Shown piece by piece: positions 1-7,940 of a stretch of 32,000 bases of DNA. Each line of letters starts with the position of its first letter. Position 1 is the stretch's first letter. Below the pieces are notes generated by a model. The model saw only the letters and a program-made list of their open reading frames with translations, was not told the origin of the DNA and searched no databases. Position numbers and translations under genes: made by a program. The DNA is taken from assembly GCF_000148385.1 (NCBI RefSeq), contig NC_014537.1:1020001-1052000 (forward strand). Reading direction: 5' to 3'. The stretch comes from Vulcanisaeta distributa DSM 14429 (GTDB lineage Archaea; Thermoproteota; Thermoprotei; Thermoproteales; Thermocladiaceae).

Positions 1-15
1 CAGGTAATTATTGTT

Positions 16-468
16 ATGCTTAACCGTGGGCTTGTCAGGTTTGGGCTTGTCCTGGAGTTCATAGCTGAGTTTCTGTACTTCATGATTATCCTATACCCAA
101 GGTACTTCAGCTCTATTCTTGTTTTGCTAATCATGTTGACGTACACGGTATCGTCAGTGACCATGTACCTGGGCTTCAATGGATATTCCGGGTCATTGAG
201 TGTTGGGTCTGTTGGTGCGTTGCTGTTGATGCTTGGTTCGTCATTACTATTAATGACTCGTCTCATACCGCGGTCCTACCTAATCGCTGTGGTTAGCATG
301 GGAATTGCCTTCCTAGGCGATGTTTCAATCTCAATATTCTTCTGGAGAACCATGCAACGGAATCTGTTAATTAGGGTTGGTGCCGTGCTTAACGCGGTGC
401 CCATTATCACGTTCATTGGGAGTCTATTGTTGGCGATTGGTATTAGCGATGTTAAGGACCTTGGCTAA
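16..468 (+). CDS. hypothetical polytopic membrane protein
   Basis: 150-aa ORF made almost entirely of hydrophobic stretches (about 5 TM segments). No family motif recognised. The 3' end overlaps the convergent 424-1002 gene by 45 nt. Confidence 0.5.
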   Translation: MLNRGLVRFGLVLEFIAEFLYFMIILYPRYFSSILVLLIMLTYTVSSVTMYLGFNGYSGSLSVGSVGALLLMLGSSLLLMTRLIPRSYLIAVVSMGIAFLGDVSISIFFWRTMQRNLLIRVGAVLNAVPIITFIGSLLLAIGISDVKDLG

Positions 469-1002
469 GTCGTTCACCGTGTCTATATCGATTAGGACCT
501 CGGGACCGCACTCCACGGTACATACGTCACTCCTATTCCTTAATATCTCCCTTGCGCCGACGTCCCCACTCAACCTCATTAACTCTGGGAATAATGTCCT
601 ATGAATTAACACGGGATTTCCCCTCACGCCGTTATGCACCGGCACAACGGCGCTGCAGCCATTGCGGTAGGCATTTATTATTCTCGACACTGTTTCATTG
701 GTTATGAGTGGCATGTCGGCCAGTACTATGAGCGCTGCATCGTAGTCTTGAAAGAATCGAAGCCCAAGCCTTATAGATGTGCTCATTCCATCCCTATAGT
801 ACGGGTTGTAAATAACGACCTCATTAGTCAGGTAGGGCATTAGCTCGCTGGCGTAGGCCCCAACAACGACCACCCTATCAAGCCCACTCAGTGCCCTTAA
901 AACCCTCACTATAACCGGTTCACCACCAACCCTAACCAGCAACTTATTACCGCCAAACCTCCTACCCTCACCTGCAGCCAGTACTACTGCACCTATTCTC
1001 AT
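424..1002 (-). CDS. MobA/MocA-like NTP transferase (molybdenum cofactor nucleotidyltransferase family)
   Basis: N-terminal LAAGEGRRFGGNKLL (GxGxRxGxxK nucleotide-binding signature). C-terminal GDVGAREIL...IDIDTVNDL is typical of MocA/NTP_transf_3-like proteins. Confidence 0.75.
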   Translation of the reverse strand: MRIGAVVLAAGEGRRFGGNKLLVRVGGEPVIVRVLRALSGLDRVVVVGAYASELMPYLTNEVVIYNPYYRDGMSTSIRLGLRFFQDYDAALIVLADMPLITNETVSRIINAYRNGCSAVVPVHNGVRGNPVLIHRTLFPELMRLSGDVGAREILRNRSDVCTVECGPEVLIDIDTVNDLAKVLNIANTNRQQ

Positions 1003-1111
1003 GATTTAGTCATGTTGTGGTAAGTAAAGTAAGGTTATTAATCTCACTGTACCCTCTCCTTAGGTATTTCTTCATATTAATCCTTTTAAGACGCGCTAGG
1101 TCCTACTGACG

Positions 1112-1711
1112 ATGCTTGAGTACGTGTTTAAGGGATTATATGGTTACGCTTCAGTATTTGTATTAATGGTTCTTGAGGGTATGTCGCTGCCCATACCCAG
1201 TGAGGTTGTTATGCCCCTGGTTGGTTACTACGCATCGCTGGGTCTCATAAACCCTGTGCTTGGCGCGTTGGTTGGCACGCTTGGTAGCCTGGTTGGTTCA
1301 TTAATTGATTATTACATAGCCTATTACCTGGGCTTACCATTCCTCCTCAGGTATGGTAGGTTATTTGGTCTCAACAGGAGGAGGCTTGACTCATTGAGTA
1401 GGTGGTTTAATAAGTATGGTATGGCGGCTGTATTTGGCTTCAGGTTTCTGCCTGGCTTTAGGGCGCTCATATCATTCCCAGCGGGCCTGGCTGGTATGAG
1501 AATAATGGGCTTCATCATCGTTACATTCCTCGGGCATTTAATCTGGGACACAATCCTCGTGTATATTGGTTATGCATTTGCGACTCAATGGTCGTTAATT
1601 ATAGGATTAATTGATAAGTACTTATACGTTGTTGCTGTTGTGGCGGTAATCGTGATAGTAGCGTATATAATACTAAGACTTCGTATGGAGCCTAAGCATG
1701 GTAATTCCTGA
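1112..1711 (+). CDS. DedA / SNARE-associated family membrane protein
   Basis: LEGMSLPIPSEVVMPLVGY near the N-terminus, central FGFRFLPGFRALISFPAG, and several TM segments. Confidence 0.75.
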   Translation: MLEYVFKGLYGYASVFVLMVLEGMSLPIPSEVVMPLVGYYASLGLINPVLGALVGTLGSLVGSLIDYYIAYYLGLPFLLRYGRLFGLNRRRLDSLSRWFNKYGMAAVFGFRFLPGFRALISFPAGLAGMRIMGFIIVTFLGHLIWDTILVYIGYAFATQWSLIIGLIDKYLYVVAVVAVIVIVAYIILRLRMEPKHGNS

Positions 1712-1734
1712 GATGTGGCTGATCACCGTGACCG

Positions 1735-2112
1735 CTATTCACTTGACGATCCAATACTCTCCTCCCTACCGTGCCTTACAATCCTTATCCTGGTCCTTAA
1801 CGGTACATGTAGCCCCACCCTCTCGAGTATTTGATAGAGTTCGTAATCCTGAAGCTCACCCAGCCTACCGCTTAGGTAGAGTTCGGCTAATTGCCTAAAT
1901 ACCTGAACAGCGGTGTCTCCATATAACTGCAATGCATTGTCTATTATCTCGCCAGCCCTCTCCCCCTTCGTTATCTGTCTAATTAATTGAATGACCTCCT
2001 CACGGGTTAATTCACGCTTGGTGCTGGTTTTCTGCTGGGTCTTGTTAATTATTTCCATCATCATCTTCATCATTATCCTCCTTCTCTCGATCTCATCGAT
2101 GTTCTCGCTCAT
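1735..2112 (-). CDS. PDCD5/TFAR19-like dsDNA-binding protein
   Basis: 125-aa charged helical protein. The C-terminal LAELYLSGRLGELQDYELYQILERV...RTRIRIVR resembles archaeal PDCD5-family proteins. TATA-like CTTTTTAAG lies about 30 nt upstream on the minus strand. Confidence 0.6.
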   Translation of the reverse strand: MSENIDEIERRRIMMKMMMEIINKTQQKTSTKRELTREEVIQLIRQITKGERAGEIIDNALQLYGDTAVQVFRQLAELYLSGRLGELQDYELYQILERVGLHVPLRTRIRIVRHGREESIGSSSE

Positions 2113-2204
2113 GGCGGATTTATAGTTTACTTATCGGGCTTAAAAAGCTTGGTTCCTTGCTCATTATCGATAGTTTTATTAATTAACCCAGCATTATCGA
2201 TGTT

Positions 2205-2954
2205 GTGGAGTTACTCATTAGTGTTAAGCCCATTAGGGACCTACCCAAATTGAATACGCAGGCGGAGCTCGATATTAGGGGCTACTCAGACATTAATAAG
2301 TTCCTGCCAGCCCTCGCAGTGGAGCTTGAGGATCTCGGGCTTAGGATTGGGCAGGTCAGGGTTGGTTACTTAAGGAGGAGGGGTGATGCTGAGAGGTTCA
2401 TGGCTTTGCTCGACTACCTTAATGTGGATTCTATGGTGGCTAGGCCCGGTATTAATGATGTTAATACACTGGCGGAATTGCTTGATGAGGCTTCGATGTA
2501 TGGTGTTAGGGTGATTTGGGAGTTCGGTGTTGGGGACTTCCTGAGGAGCCCTGGTGAGGTTACCGAGCTTGCCAGTGAGGTTTCACCGCATAGGCTAAGC
2601 CTAGCGCTTCATGTGGCGAGGGAAAGGGGCTTGAGGGAATTCGTTAGGAGGTTTGTTGAGTTGAGTGGTTATGTTAAGGCGATTTACTTTAGCAATAAGA
2701 GGGGTGGTTCCTTTGGATTGCCCATATTCGAGGGCTCAATAGATTTCCTGAAGCTTTTAAAGGTTCTGCAGGTGCTTAGGTATGATGAGAACATAGTCCT
2801 CCATTACCTACCGAGTTACTATGGTAGGTATGGTGTGGACCTTGAGGTTCTGAACTCCTTCATAAACTCCCTGGGCGGTGGCGGTGCGGATAGGAGGTTG
2901 ATTAGGTCGATAGAGAGGATAGTCAGTGAGGTGCTTGGTCAGGGTCAGGAGTAG
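2205..2954 (+). CDS. hypothetical protein, possibly xylose-isomerase-like TIM barrel
   Basis: GTG start. C-terminal VKAIYFSNKRGGSFGLPIFEGSIDFLKLLKVLQVLRYDENIVLHY loosely resembles the metal-site end of sugar phosphate isomerase/epimerase barrels. The assignment is weak. Confidence 0.35.
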   Translation: MELLISVKPIRDLPKLNTQAELDIRGYSDINKFLPALAVELEDLGLRIGQVRVGYLRRRGDAERFMALLDYLNVDSMVARPGINDVNTLAELLDEASMYGVRVIWEFGVGDFLRSPGEVTELASEVSPHRLSLALHVARERGLREFVRRFVELSGYVKAIYFSNKRGGSFGLPIFEGSIDFLKLLKVLQVLRYDENIVLHYLPSYYGRYGVDLEVLNSFINSLGGGGADRRLIRSIERIVSEVLGQGQE

Positions 2955-2979
2955 TCCAATGTAATCCTTAAAGCTTAAT

Positions 2980-3019
2980 AACTAACCCGGGGGGTTAGTA
3001 ACTAACGGGGGGAGTTAGT
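2980..3019. promoter_or_regulatory. two tandem 20-bp units, each carrying the palindrome ACTAAC-N7-GTTAGT, abutting the ATG at 3021
   Basis: Unit 1 (2980-2999) is AACTAACCCGGGGGGTTAGT and unit 2 (3000-3019) is AACTAACGGGGGGAGTTAGT. A TATA-like CTTAAAGCTTAATAA lies just upstream (2967-2981). The operator role is inferred. Confidence 0.5.
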
Positions 3020-3020
3020 C

Positions 3021-4136
3021 ATGCTATTTAGCCTTGAGCCTAAGGTAAATAGAAAGGACCTTTATGATAGGGATAGAGAACTCAATGAATTAAGGGAGGG
3101 TGTGCACAGGGGTAATAAGCTCATTGCGATTTATGGTATTAGGAGGATTGGTAAGACTAGCTTGGTCAAGGCCTTCCTGAGCGATCTCTCCTATCCATAC
3201 GTACTTGTTGATGTGAGGCAAGTATACTTCATTGAGGGCAATGTCAACGCTAGCAATCTGGTTAAGTACATCATCAATGGTTTTAAGGGGTTCATGGGAA
3301 TGGGTGAGAGACTTTGGGAGAGCTTTAGGGATGCGTTGAGGGGTATAGGCTGGGTTAGGGTTGGCGCAGGTGGTGTTGAGGTTAAGTTATCCAGGAAGTC
3401 AAGGGTAAACTTAATTGAATTACTTAATGTAATTGATGGGTGGTGTGAGCGTAATTCCACGAGGTTCATACTAGTGTTTGATGAGGCTCAATACATGAGG
3501 TTTTCGAACGTTAAATATGATGGCGTATTGGCATGGGCTTATGATAACCTGGGCAACATCACATTCATAGTGACTGGGAGTGAAGTTGGTGTTTTGAGGG
3601 ATTTCCTGAGGATTGACGATCCACAGGCGCCCCTCTATGGTAGGTATATCAAGGAGATATACGTTGATAGGTTTAGTAAGGATGCCGGTCTCGATTTCCT
3701 TAGAAGGGGCTTCGCTGAATTAGGTATTGAGGTTAGTGAGGGTGAGTTGGAGGAGGTTTATGAGCGGTTGGATGGTATTGTCGGTTGGTTAACGCTGTAT
3801 GGTTACTTAAGGGGCGTTGAGGGGTTGAGCCATAGAGAGGCTTTGGATAGGGTATTCAGTGATGGCGTTAAGCTTGTGCTTAGTGAACTTGATGAGGTTA
3901 TTAGGCCTTCGAGGGCCAGGTACTTAGCCATACTTAATGCGGTGGCTCATGGGTTAAATACGTGGAGTGAGATTAGGAGGTACGTTGAGGTTAAAACCGG
4001 CGAGATCTCCGACACGGTGTTCAATAGGCTTATGAGGAATCTCGTTAAGTATGGTTATTTAAGCAGGGTAGGCGATAATTACGTCATACCCGACCCAGTC
4101 GTTGCCAAGGCCGTCGTAGAGGCTGGCATTGGTTGA
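3021..4136 (+). CDS. archaeal AAA+ ATPase (Arch_ATPase-like) with C-terminal winged-helix domain
   Basis: Walker A GIRRIGKTSL and Walker B ILVFDEAQ. N-terminal FSLEPKVNRKDLYDRDRELNEL is typical of the family. The C-terminal LAILNAVAHGLNTWSEIRRYV...LVKYGYLSRVGDNYVI looks like a wHTH. Confidence 0.8.
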   Translation: MLFSLEPKVNRKDLYDRDRELNELREGVHRGNKLIAIYGIRRIGKTSLVKAFLSDLSYPYVLVDVRQVYFIEGNVNASNLVKYIINGFKGFMGMGERLWESFRDALRGIGWVRVGAGGVEVKLSRKSRVNLIELLNVIDGWCERNSTRFILVFDEAQYMRFSNVKYDGVLAWAYDNLGNITFIVTGSEVGVLRDFLRIDDPQAPLYGRYIKEIYVDRFSKDAGLDFLRRGFAELGIEVSEGELEEVYERLDGIVGWLTLYGYLRGVEGLSHREALDRVFSDGVKLVLSELDEVIRPSRARYLAILNAVAHGLNTWSEIRRYVEVKTGEISDTVFNRLMRNLVKYGYLSRVGDNYVIPDPVVAKAVVEAGIG

Positions 4137-4168
4137 GAAGGGTTTTTAGGACTGGAGGGGTTGTAGCC

Positions 4169-5239
4169 ATGCTATTTGATGAGAGACCAAAGGTGAGTAG
4201 GGGTGACTTGTATGATAGGGATGAGGAGCTGAATGATATACTGAAAAACATTAATGGACCTATGGTTGTGGTTACCGGCATTAGGCGTATTGGTAAGACT
4301 TCCGTAATTAACGTGACGTTGAATGAGGCCGACATACCCTATGTATTAATTGATTGTAGGTCGTTGAGGGATAATTATGGTAGGTCTGACCTATATCGAT
4401 TAATATCCAATGCCCTATCATCAAGCCTTGACAAGCTAATCGATGTTTTAAGGAGGATCAGGGGCATCTCGATCATGGGCAACGCAGTCGAGATTAGGTG
4501 GAGGGGTAGGGAGCAGGTTAGTCTGGCGGAGCTTTTTGATAGGCTTAATGAGAGGAGGGTTGTGGTGGTGTTTGATGAGGCGCAGAGGCTGAGGGGTCCG
4601 TTGTCAAGCGAGGTTCTTAACGCCCTAGCTCATGCGTATGACTTCGATAGGAATGTAACATTCATACTCAGCGGCTCTGAGGTTGGGTTGCTCTATGAAT
4701 TCATGGGCGTTGAAGATCCAAATTCACCATTGTTCGGCAGGTACTTCCATGAGGTGAGGATTGGTAGGTTCACTCGTGATGAGTCCGTCGACTTCCTGAG
4801 GAGGGGATTTAAGGAGTTGGGTGTCGAGGTTTCCACAGACGTTATTGAGACCATCGCGGATGTGTTTGACGGCATACCTGGTTGGCTTGTTTATGCTGCC
4901 AATGCCTACATTAGAGGTGTTAGGGATTTATCGATGATTAGGGAGGCCACAATTAGGGAGGTGCTGAATGAGCTTGAGAGGCTCATAAGGGCTAAGGCTA
5001 GTTACTCAACCGTTAATGCCAGGAGGACGGCGCTGGTGCTTAGGTGCATCGCCAGTGGTGGTAATACGTGGTCCAAGGTGGTCAAATGCGTGGAGGATTC
5101 AGAGGGTAAGACAGTATCACCGACATCGTTGAATAATGTGATAAAGACCCTGGAGAGGCTGAGTATCATTGAGAATTACGAATTTCTAGACCCAATGTAT
5201 AGGGAGGCGGCCATGAGACTGGGCATTCCCAATTACTGA
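4169..5239 (+). CDS. archaeal AAA+ ATPase paralogue (tandem copy) with C-terminal winged-helix domain
   Basis: Collinear with the upstream gene: MLFDERPKVSRGDLYDRDEELND, Walker A GIRRIGKTSV, Walker B VVVFDEAQ. The start is moved from the maximal ORF (4133) to ATG 4169 because the paralogue alignment begins there. Confidence 0.8.
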   Translation: MLFDERPKVSRGDLYDRDEELNDILKNINGPMVVVTGIRRIGKTSVINVTLNEADIPYVLIDCRSLRDNYGRSDLYRLISNALSSSLDKLIDVLRRIRGISIMGNAVEIRWRGREQVSLAELFDRLNERRVVVVFDEAQRLRGPLSSEVLNALAHAYDFDRNVTFILSGSEVGLLYEFMGVEDPNSPLFGRYFHEVRIGRFTRDESVDFLRRGFKELGVEVSTDVIETIADVFDGIPGWLVYAANAYIRGVRDLSMIREATIREVLNELERLIRAKASYSTVNARRTALVLRCIASGGNTWSKVVKCVEDSEGKTVSPTSLNNVIKTLERLSIIENYEFLDPMYREAAMRLGIPNY

Positions 5240-5282
5240 AGCTTTATTTTTAGGTCTGCCATGGTATGAATTAGGGTGGTAT

Positions 5283-5660
5283 ATGGGTCACGTCTTTGTT
5301 AGTATTCGCTTTAGGGGGAGGGATGAGTTCGTCATGGAGAGGGTACTCGTGGATACCGGCGCCTCCTTCACCGTAATGCCCCTGGAATTGGCCAAGGAGC
5401 ACTTCATAGAGACTCCATTTGAGGTTGAGGTTAGGCTGGGTGATGGCAGGACGGTGAGGGCTAAGGTATTCATTGCCGAGGCCGAGATTGAGGGTAGGAG
5501 GGGCCCAATCAGGATATTAGCGTTTAGTGGTGCAATGCCGGTGATTGGTGTTGATACGCTGGAGACCCTAGGGCTTAGGGTTGACCCGGTGACTGGTAGG
5601 ATTGAGAAGACCGAGTATTACATGCTATTCGTAACAGCCACCGCGCAATCATTGTCATAA
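5283..5660 (+). CDS. retropepsin-like (clan AA) aspartic protease
   Basis: 125 aa with the active-site-type motif VLVDTGAS and C-terminal VIGVDTLETLGLRVDP, as in single-domain dimeric aspartyl proteases. TATA-like CTTTATTTTTA lies about 30 nt upstream. Confidence 0.7.
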   Translation: MGHVFVSIRFRGRDEFVMERVLVDTGASFTVMPLELAKEHFIETPFEVEVRLGDGRTVRAKVFIAEAEIEGRRGPIRILAFSGAMPVIGVDTLETLGLRVDPVTGRIEKTEYYMLFVTATAQSLS

Positions 5661-5683
5661 ACGCGGGAATTCCCACGAATGAT

Positions 5684-6139
5684 CTAGGCATTACCTAAGA
5701 GGTCCTCCTCAGGAAGTATGTTATTTACTGGCTCACCCTCATGTGTTAGGAATTGTATGAGGTTTTTATCCCTAGTTAATAACTTTAGGTTTCTAGTAAC
5801 GGCTGTTGCGTATAGAAGTAGGTCTATTAGGTCATTAAAGCCCTTACGTTTAAGTCTAAGGGCTTTAACGTACCCATCAATTGTTGGTTCGGTAAGTATG
5901 AACTCATCATTTATGACTTTTAACCCCCTCATTACGGTATCCTCATCATAATTAAGCCTAGAAAGCTTGCCCAGGATTTCAATAATATTGTATTGTGTGT
6001 AATAGAACTCAGCCTTAAACCTCCTTCTCATCCTTGATAGTACGATTAGTACCTCATCTATACCCTTAACGTTAATACCCACGATGGGTAGGAGATAAGT
6101 TGTATCAAGAAGTATCCGAGGCCTCACTCCAATACTCAT
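5684..6139 (-). CDS. vapC: PIN-domain ribonuclease toxin VapC
   Basis: Acidic PIN positions appear in order: ILLDTTYLL, NIIEIL, NDLIDLLLYATA, LLTRDKNL. The start is taken at the internal ATG (MSIGVRPRILLD), which overlaps the vapB 3' end. Confidence 0.75.
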   Translation of the reverse strand: MSIGVRPRILLDTTYLLPIVGINVKGIDEVLIVLSRMRRRFKAEFYYTQYNIIEILGKLSRLNYDEDTVMRGLKVINDEFILTEPTIDGYVKALRLKRKGFNDLIDLLLYATAVTRNLKLLTRDKNLIQFLTHEGEPVNNILPEEDLLGNA

Positions 6140-6365
6140 TCTGCATCTCCTCAGATTCCCTCTCAAACTCCTCAAAGGTTACCTCAGCGAACTTTTTAAC
6201 TTTCAAAGCATATTCAAACGGGTCCTCAACACGCTCGATAATTATCTTATTACCATCAACCCTCAAAACAACATAATCACCCTCAGAAATGCCCACAGCC
6301 TCAGAAATCGCCTTAGGTATGTAAATAGTATTCTTTTTAGAAACCCTGACCCTAACCTCCAACAT
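6105..6365 (-). CDS. vapB: AbrB/SpoVT-type antitoxin VapB
   Basis: VSKKNTIYIPKAISEAVGISEGDYVVLRVDGNKIIIE is a single swapped-hairpin AbrB domain, followed by an acidic tail. It lies directly upstream of and overlapping the PIN gene. TTTATAAG lies about 30 nt upstream. Confidence 0.75.
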   Translation of the reverse strand: MLEVRVRVSKKNTIYIPKAISEAVGISEGDYVVLRVDGNKIIIERVEDPFEYALKVKKFAEVTFEEFERESEEMQNEYWSEASDTS

Positions 6366-6429
6366 ACCTTAATCATTAATAATCTGAGCTTATAAACATT
6401 TCTGAGAAACAATTAAATCTCAAAATCCA

Positions 6430-6960
6430 TTAAGCTCTGAATCTTTCAAGCAACTTCATCAACTCACGTTCCTCCTGCTCCAACCTCTCATCCCAAATGT
6501 CCCTGAATAACTCCTTAATTGTTAAGGCCCAACTAACAACCTCAATAATGTCGTCCTTAACCTCGTCAGTGTCCCTATAATCGACTAGGTTTGGGTCGAA
6601 GCCATTATAGGAGAACCTATGAAGTAACAGCGCCGTCTTTACTACGGCCTCCACGTCTATACCCAGTTTCTTTAAGTCCTTAGAAATACCTATTAACCCA
6701 GTGGCTGGTGCTGAGTAACCCACGTTCTCATACCAAGCCCTCCTCCTCTCATCCACCCCTTCAATGATTTTGGCAAAATTCTTAACAACCAACGCGCTGA
6801 CTATGGACTTAGCACTCATGAATGCCTTAGCCGAGGCGTTTTGGATAAGGTCCCTGCCCAGCATCTCCAATGCCAACCCAGCCTCAACCAAGCCATCAAG
6901 GACCTTGGCGTACACATACGCCACGGGATCCCTCTTATAATCTAAGTAACCAACCTCCAC
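6430..6960 (-). CDS. PaREP1-like helical protein (tentative)
   Basis: LIQNASAKAFMSAKSIVSALVVKN and LLHRFSYNGFDP resemble the two signature stretches I recall for the PaREP1 family of Thermoproteales. It starts 21 nt after the HEPN-MNT gene. Confidence 0.4.
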   Translation of the reverse strand: MEVGYLDYKRDPVAYVYAKVLDGLVEAGLALEMLGRDLIQNASAKAFMSAKSIVSALVVKNFAKIIEGVDERRRAWYENVGYSAPATGLIGISKDLKKLGIDVEAVVKTALLLHRFSYNGFDPNLVDYRDTDEVKDDIIEVVSWALTIKELFRDIWDERLEQEERELMKLLERFRA

Positions 6961-6981
6961 ATTGGGAACATCATAGGTCGC

Positions 6982-7788
6982 TTAATAATGCTTTTTAGAA
7001 ATTCTATCCCTAAACACGCTGTAATACACGTGATCCAGGTCAGACTCACCGAGTACCCTAACGTACATGTGAGCAATCAACCTCCGCGCAAGTACTGGGT
7101 CAGCTGAATAAATGAGCACGCCATCCCTCAGTACCACGTATATCAACTCATTGGGCGCCTTACTCAAGTCAACCAAGTCAACCTTATCCACTGGCACACC
7201 GAGTGCCTTCGCCAAATCTCTAATTAAACTAACCATTTTCTCATAATTGGATTGATCCCTCATGAGTACGGCAATATCATAATCACTATCCTCCCTAGCA
7301 TCACCCCTGGCGCGACTACCGAAGAGGAACGCCAACAATACGCCATACTTCGTGAAAACCCTGACAAGCGCCTCGCTGGGTGTCTCTGGATCCACGTTAT
7401 TCTCTTCTACCAACCTTAACAACTGGTTAGCTATGCTGGGCACGTTCTTAAGGACCCAGGACCTCAACTCCAACAGTTCATTCCTACTGAAGGACCTATA
7501 GGCATGGGCAAGCATATTCCTATTAATTGCCACTTGTCTAATCAACTCCTTTACATCATCACCTATTAATCCACGCTCATGAAGCACGTCGGCCAACCCA
7601 GCATAACTGGGAGGTTTCCTAAGACCGAGCTCAGCAACAATCATAGCAATCGCATCAAGTAGATCCTGGTGTACGGCATAGAGCAACCACCTAAGGGCAT
7701 ACTCCCGAAACGCATCATTAATCTCCACTAATCTACTCAAGTCGCTTAACTCCTCATAAACTCTGGAAATCAGCGCCCTAACCTCCAT
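6982..7788 (-). CDS. fused HEPN (DUF86/HepT-like) - minimal nucleotidyltransferase (MntA-like) protein
   Basis: The N-terminal half carries RNMLAHAY (RX4HXY, nt 7521-7498). The C-terminal half carries LFGSRARGDAREDSDYDIAV (GSxxRG...DxD, nt 7320-7267). Confidence 0.8.
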   Translation of the reverse strand: MEVRALISRVYEELSDLSRLVEINDAFREYALRWLLYAVHQDLLDAIAMIVAELGLRKPPSYAGLADVLHERGLIGDDVKELIRQVAINRNMLAHAYRSFSRNELLELRSWVLKNVPSIANQLLRLVEENNVDPETPSEALVRVFTKYGVLLAFLFGSRARGDAREDSDYDIAVLMRDQSNYEKMVSLIRDLAKALGVPVDKVDLVDLSKAPNELIYVVLRDGVLIYSADPVLARRLIAHMYVRVLGESDLDHVYYSVFRDRISKKHY

Positions 7789-7940
7789 TCAATGGCTAAA
7801 ACATTGCCGATAATAAATACTTTATGACAATTATGGGCCTATAGGCAATATCATCATTATTTCAAAACTATCAAACTTTAAGCCTATAGAGAAACATTAA
7901 AGCAATAATCTAAGTGCTATTAAGTAATGATGGTTCTAAA

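Noticed and set aside
2980-3019. The tandem 20-bp units as a mini CRISPR array or MITE terminus
   Set aside because: There are only two directly abutting units, with no spacers, and I saw no matching inverted copy elsewhere in the window. Their position between the TATA box and the ATG fits an operator or leader better.
2955-7940. The accessory islet (ATPases, protease, TA genes) as an integrated mobile element
   Set aside because: I could not find an integrase, transposase, tRNA target or flanking direct or inverted repeats in the boundary sequences. It can only be called accessory-looking.
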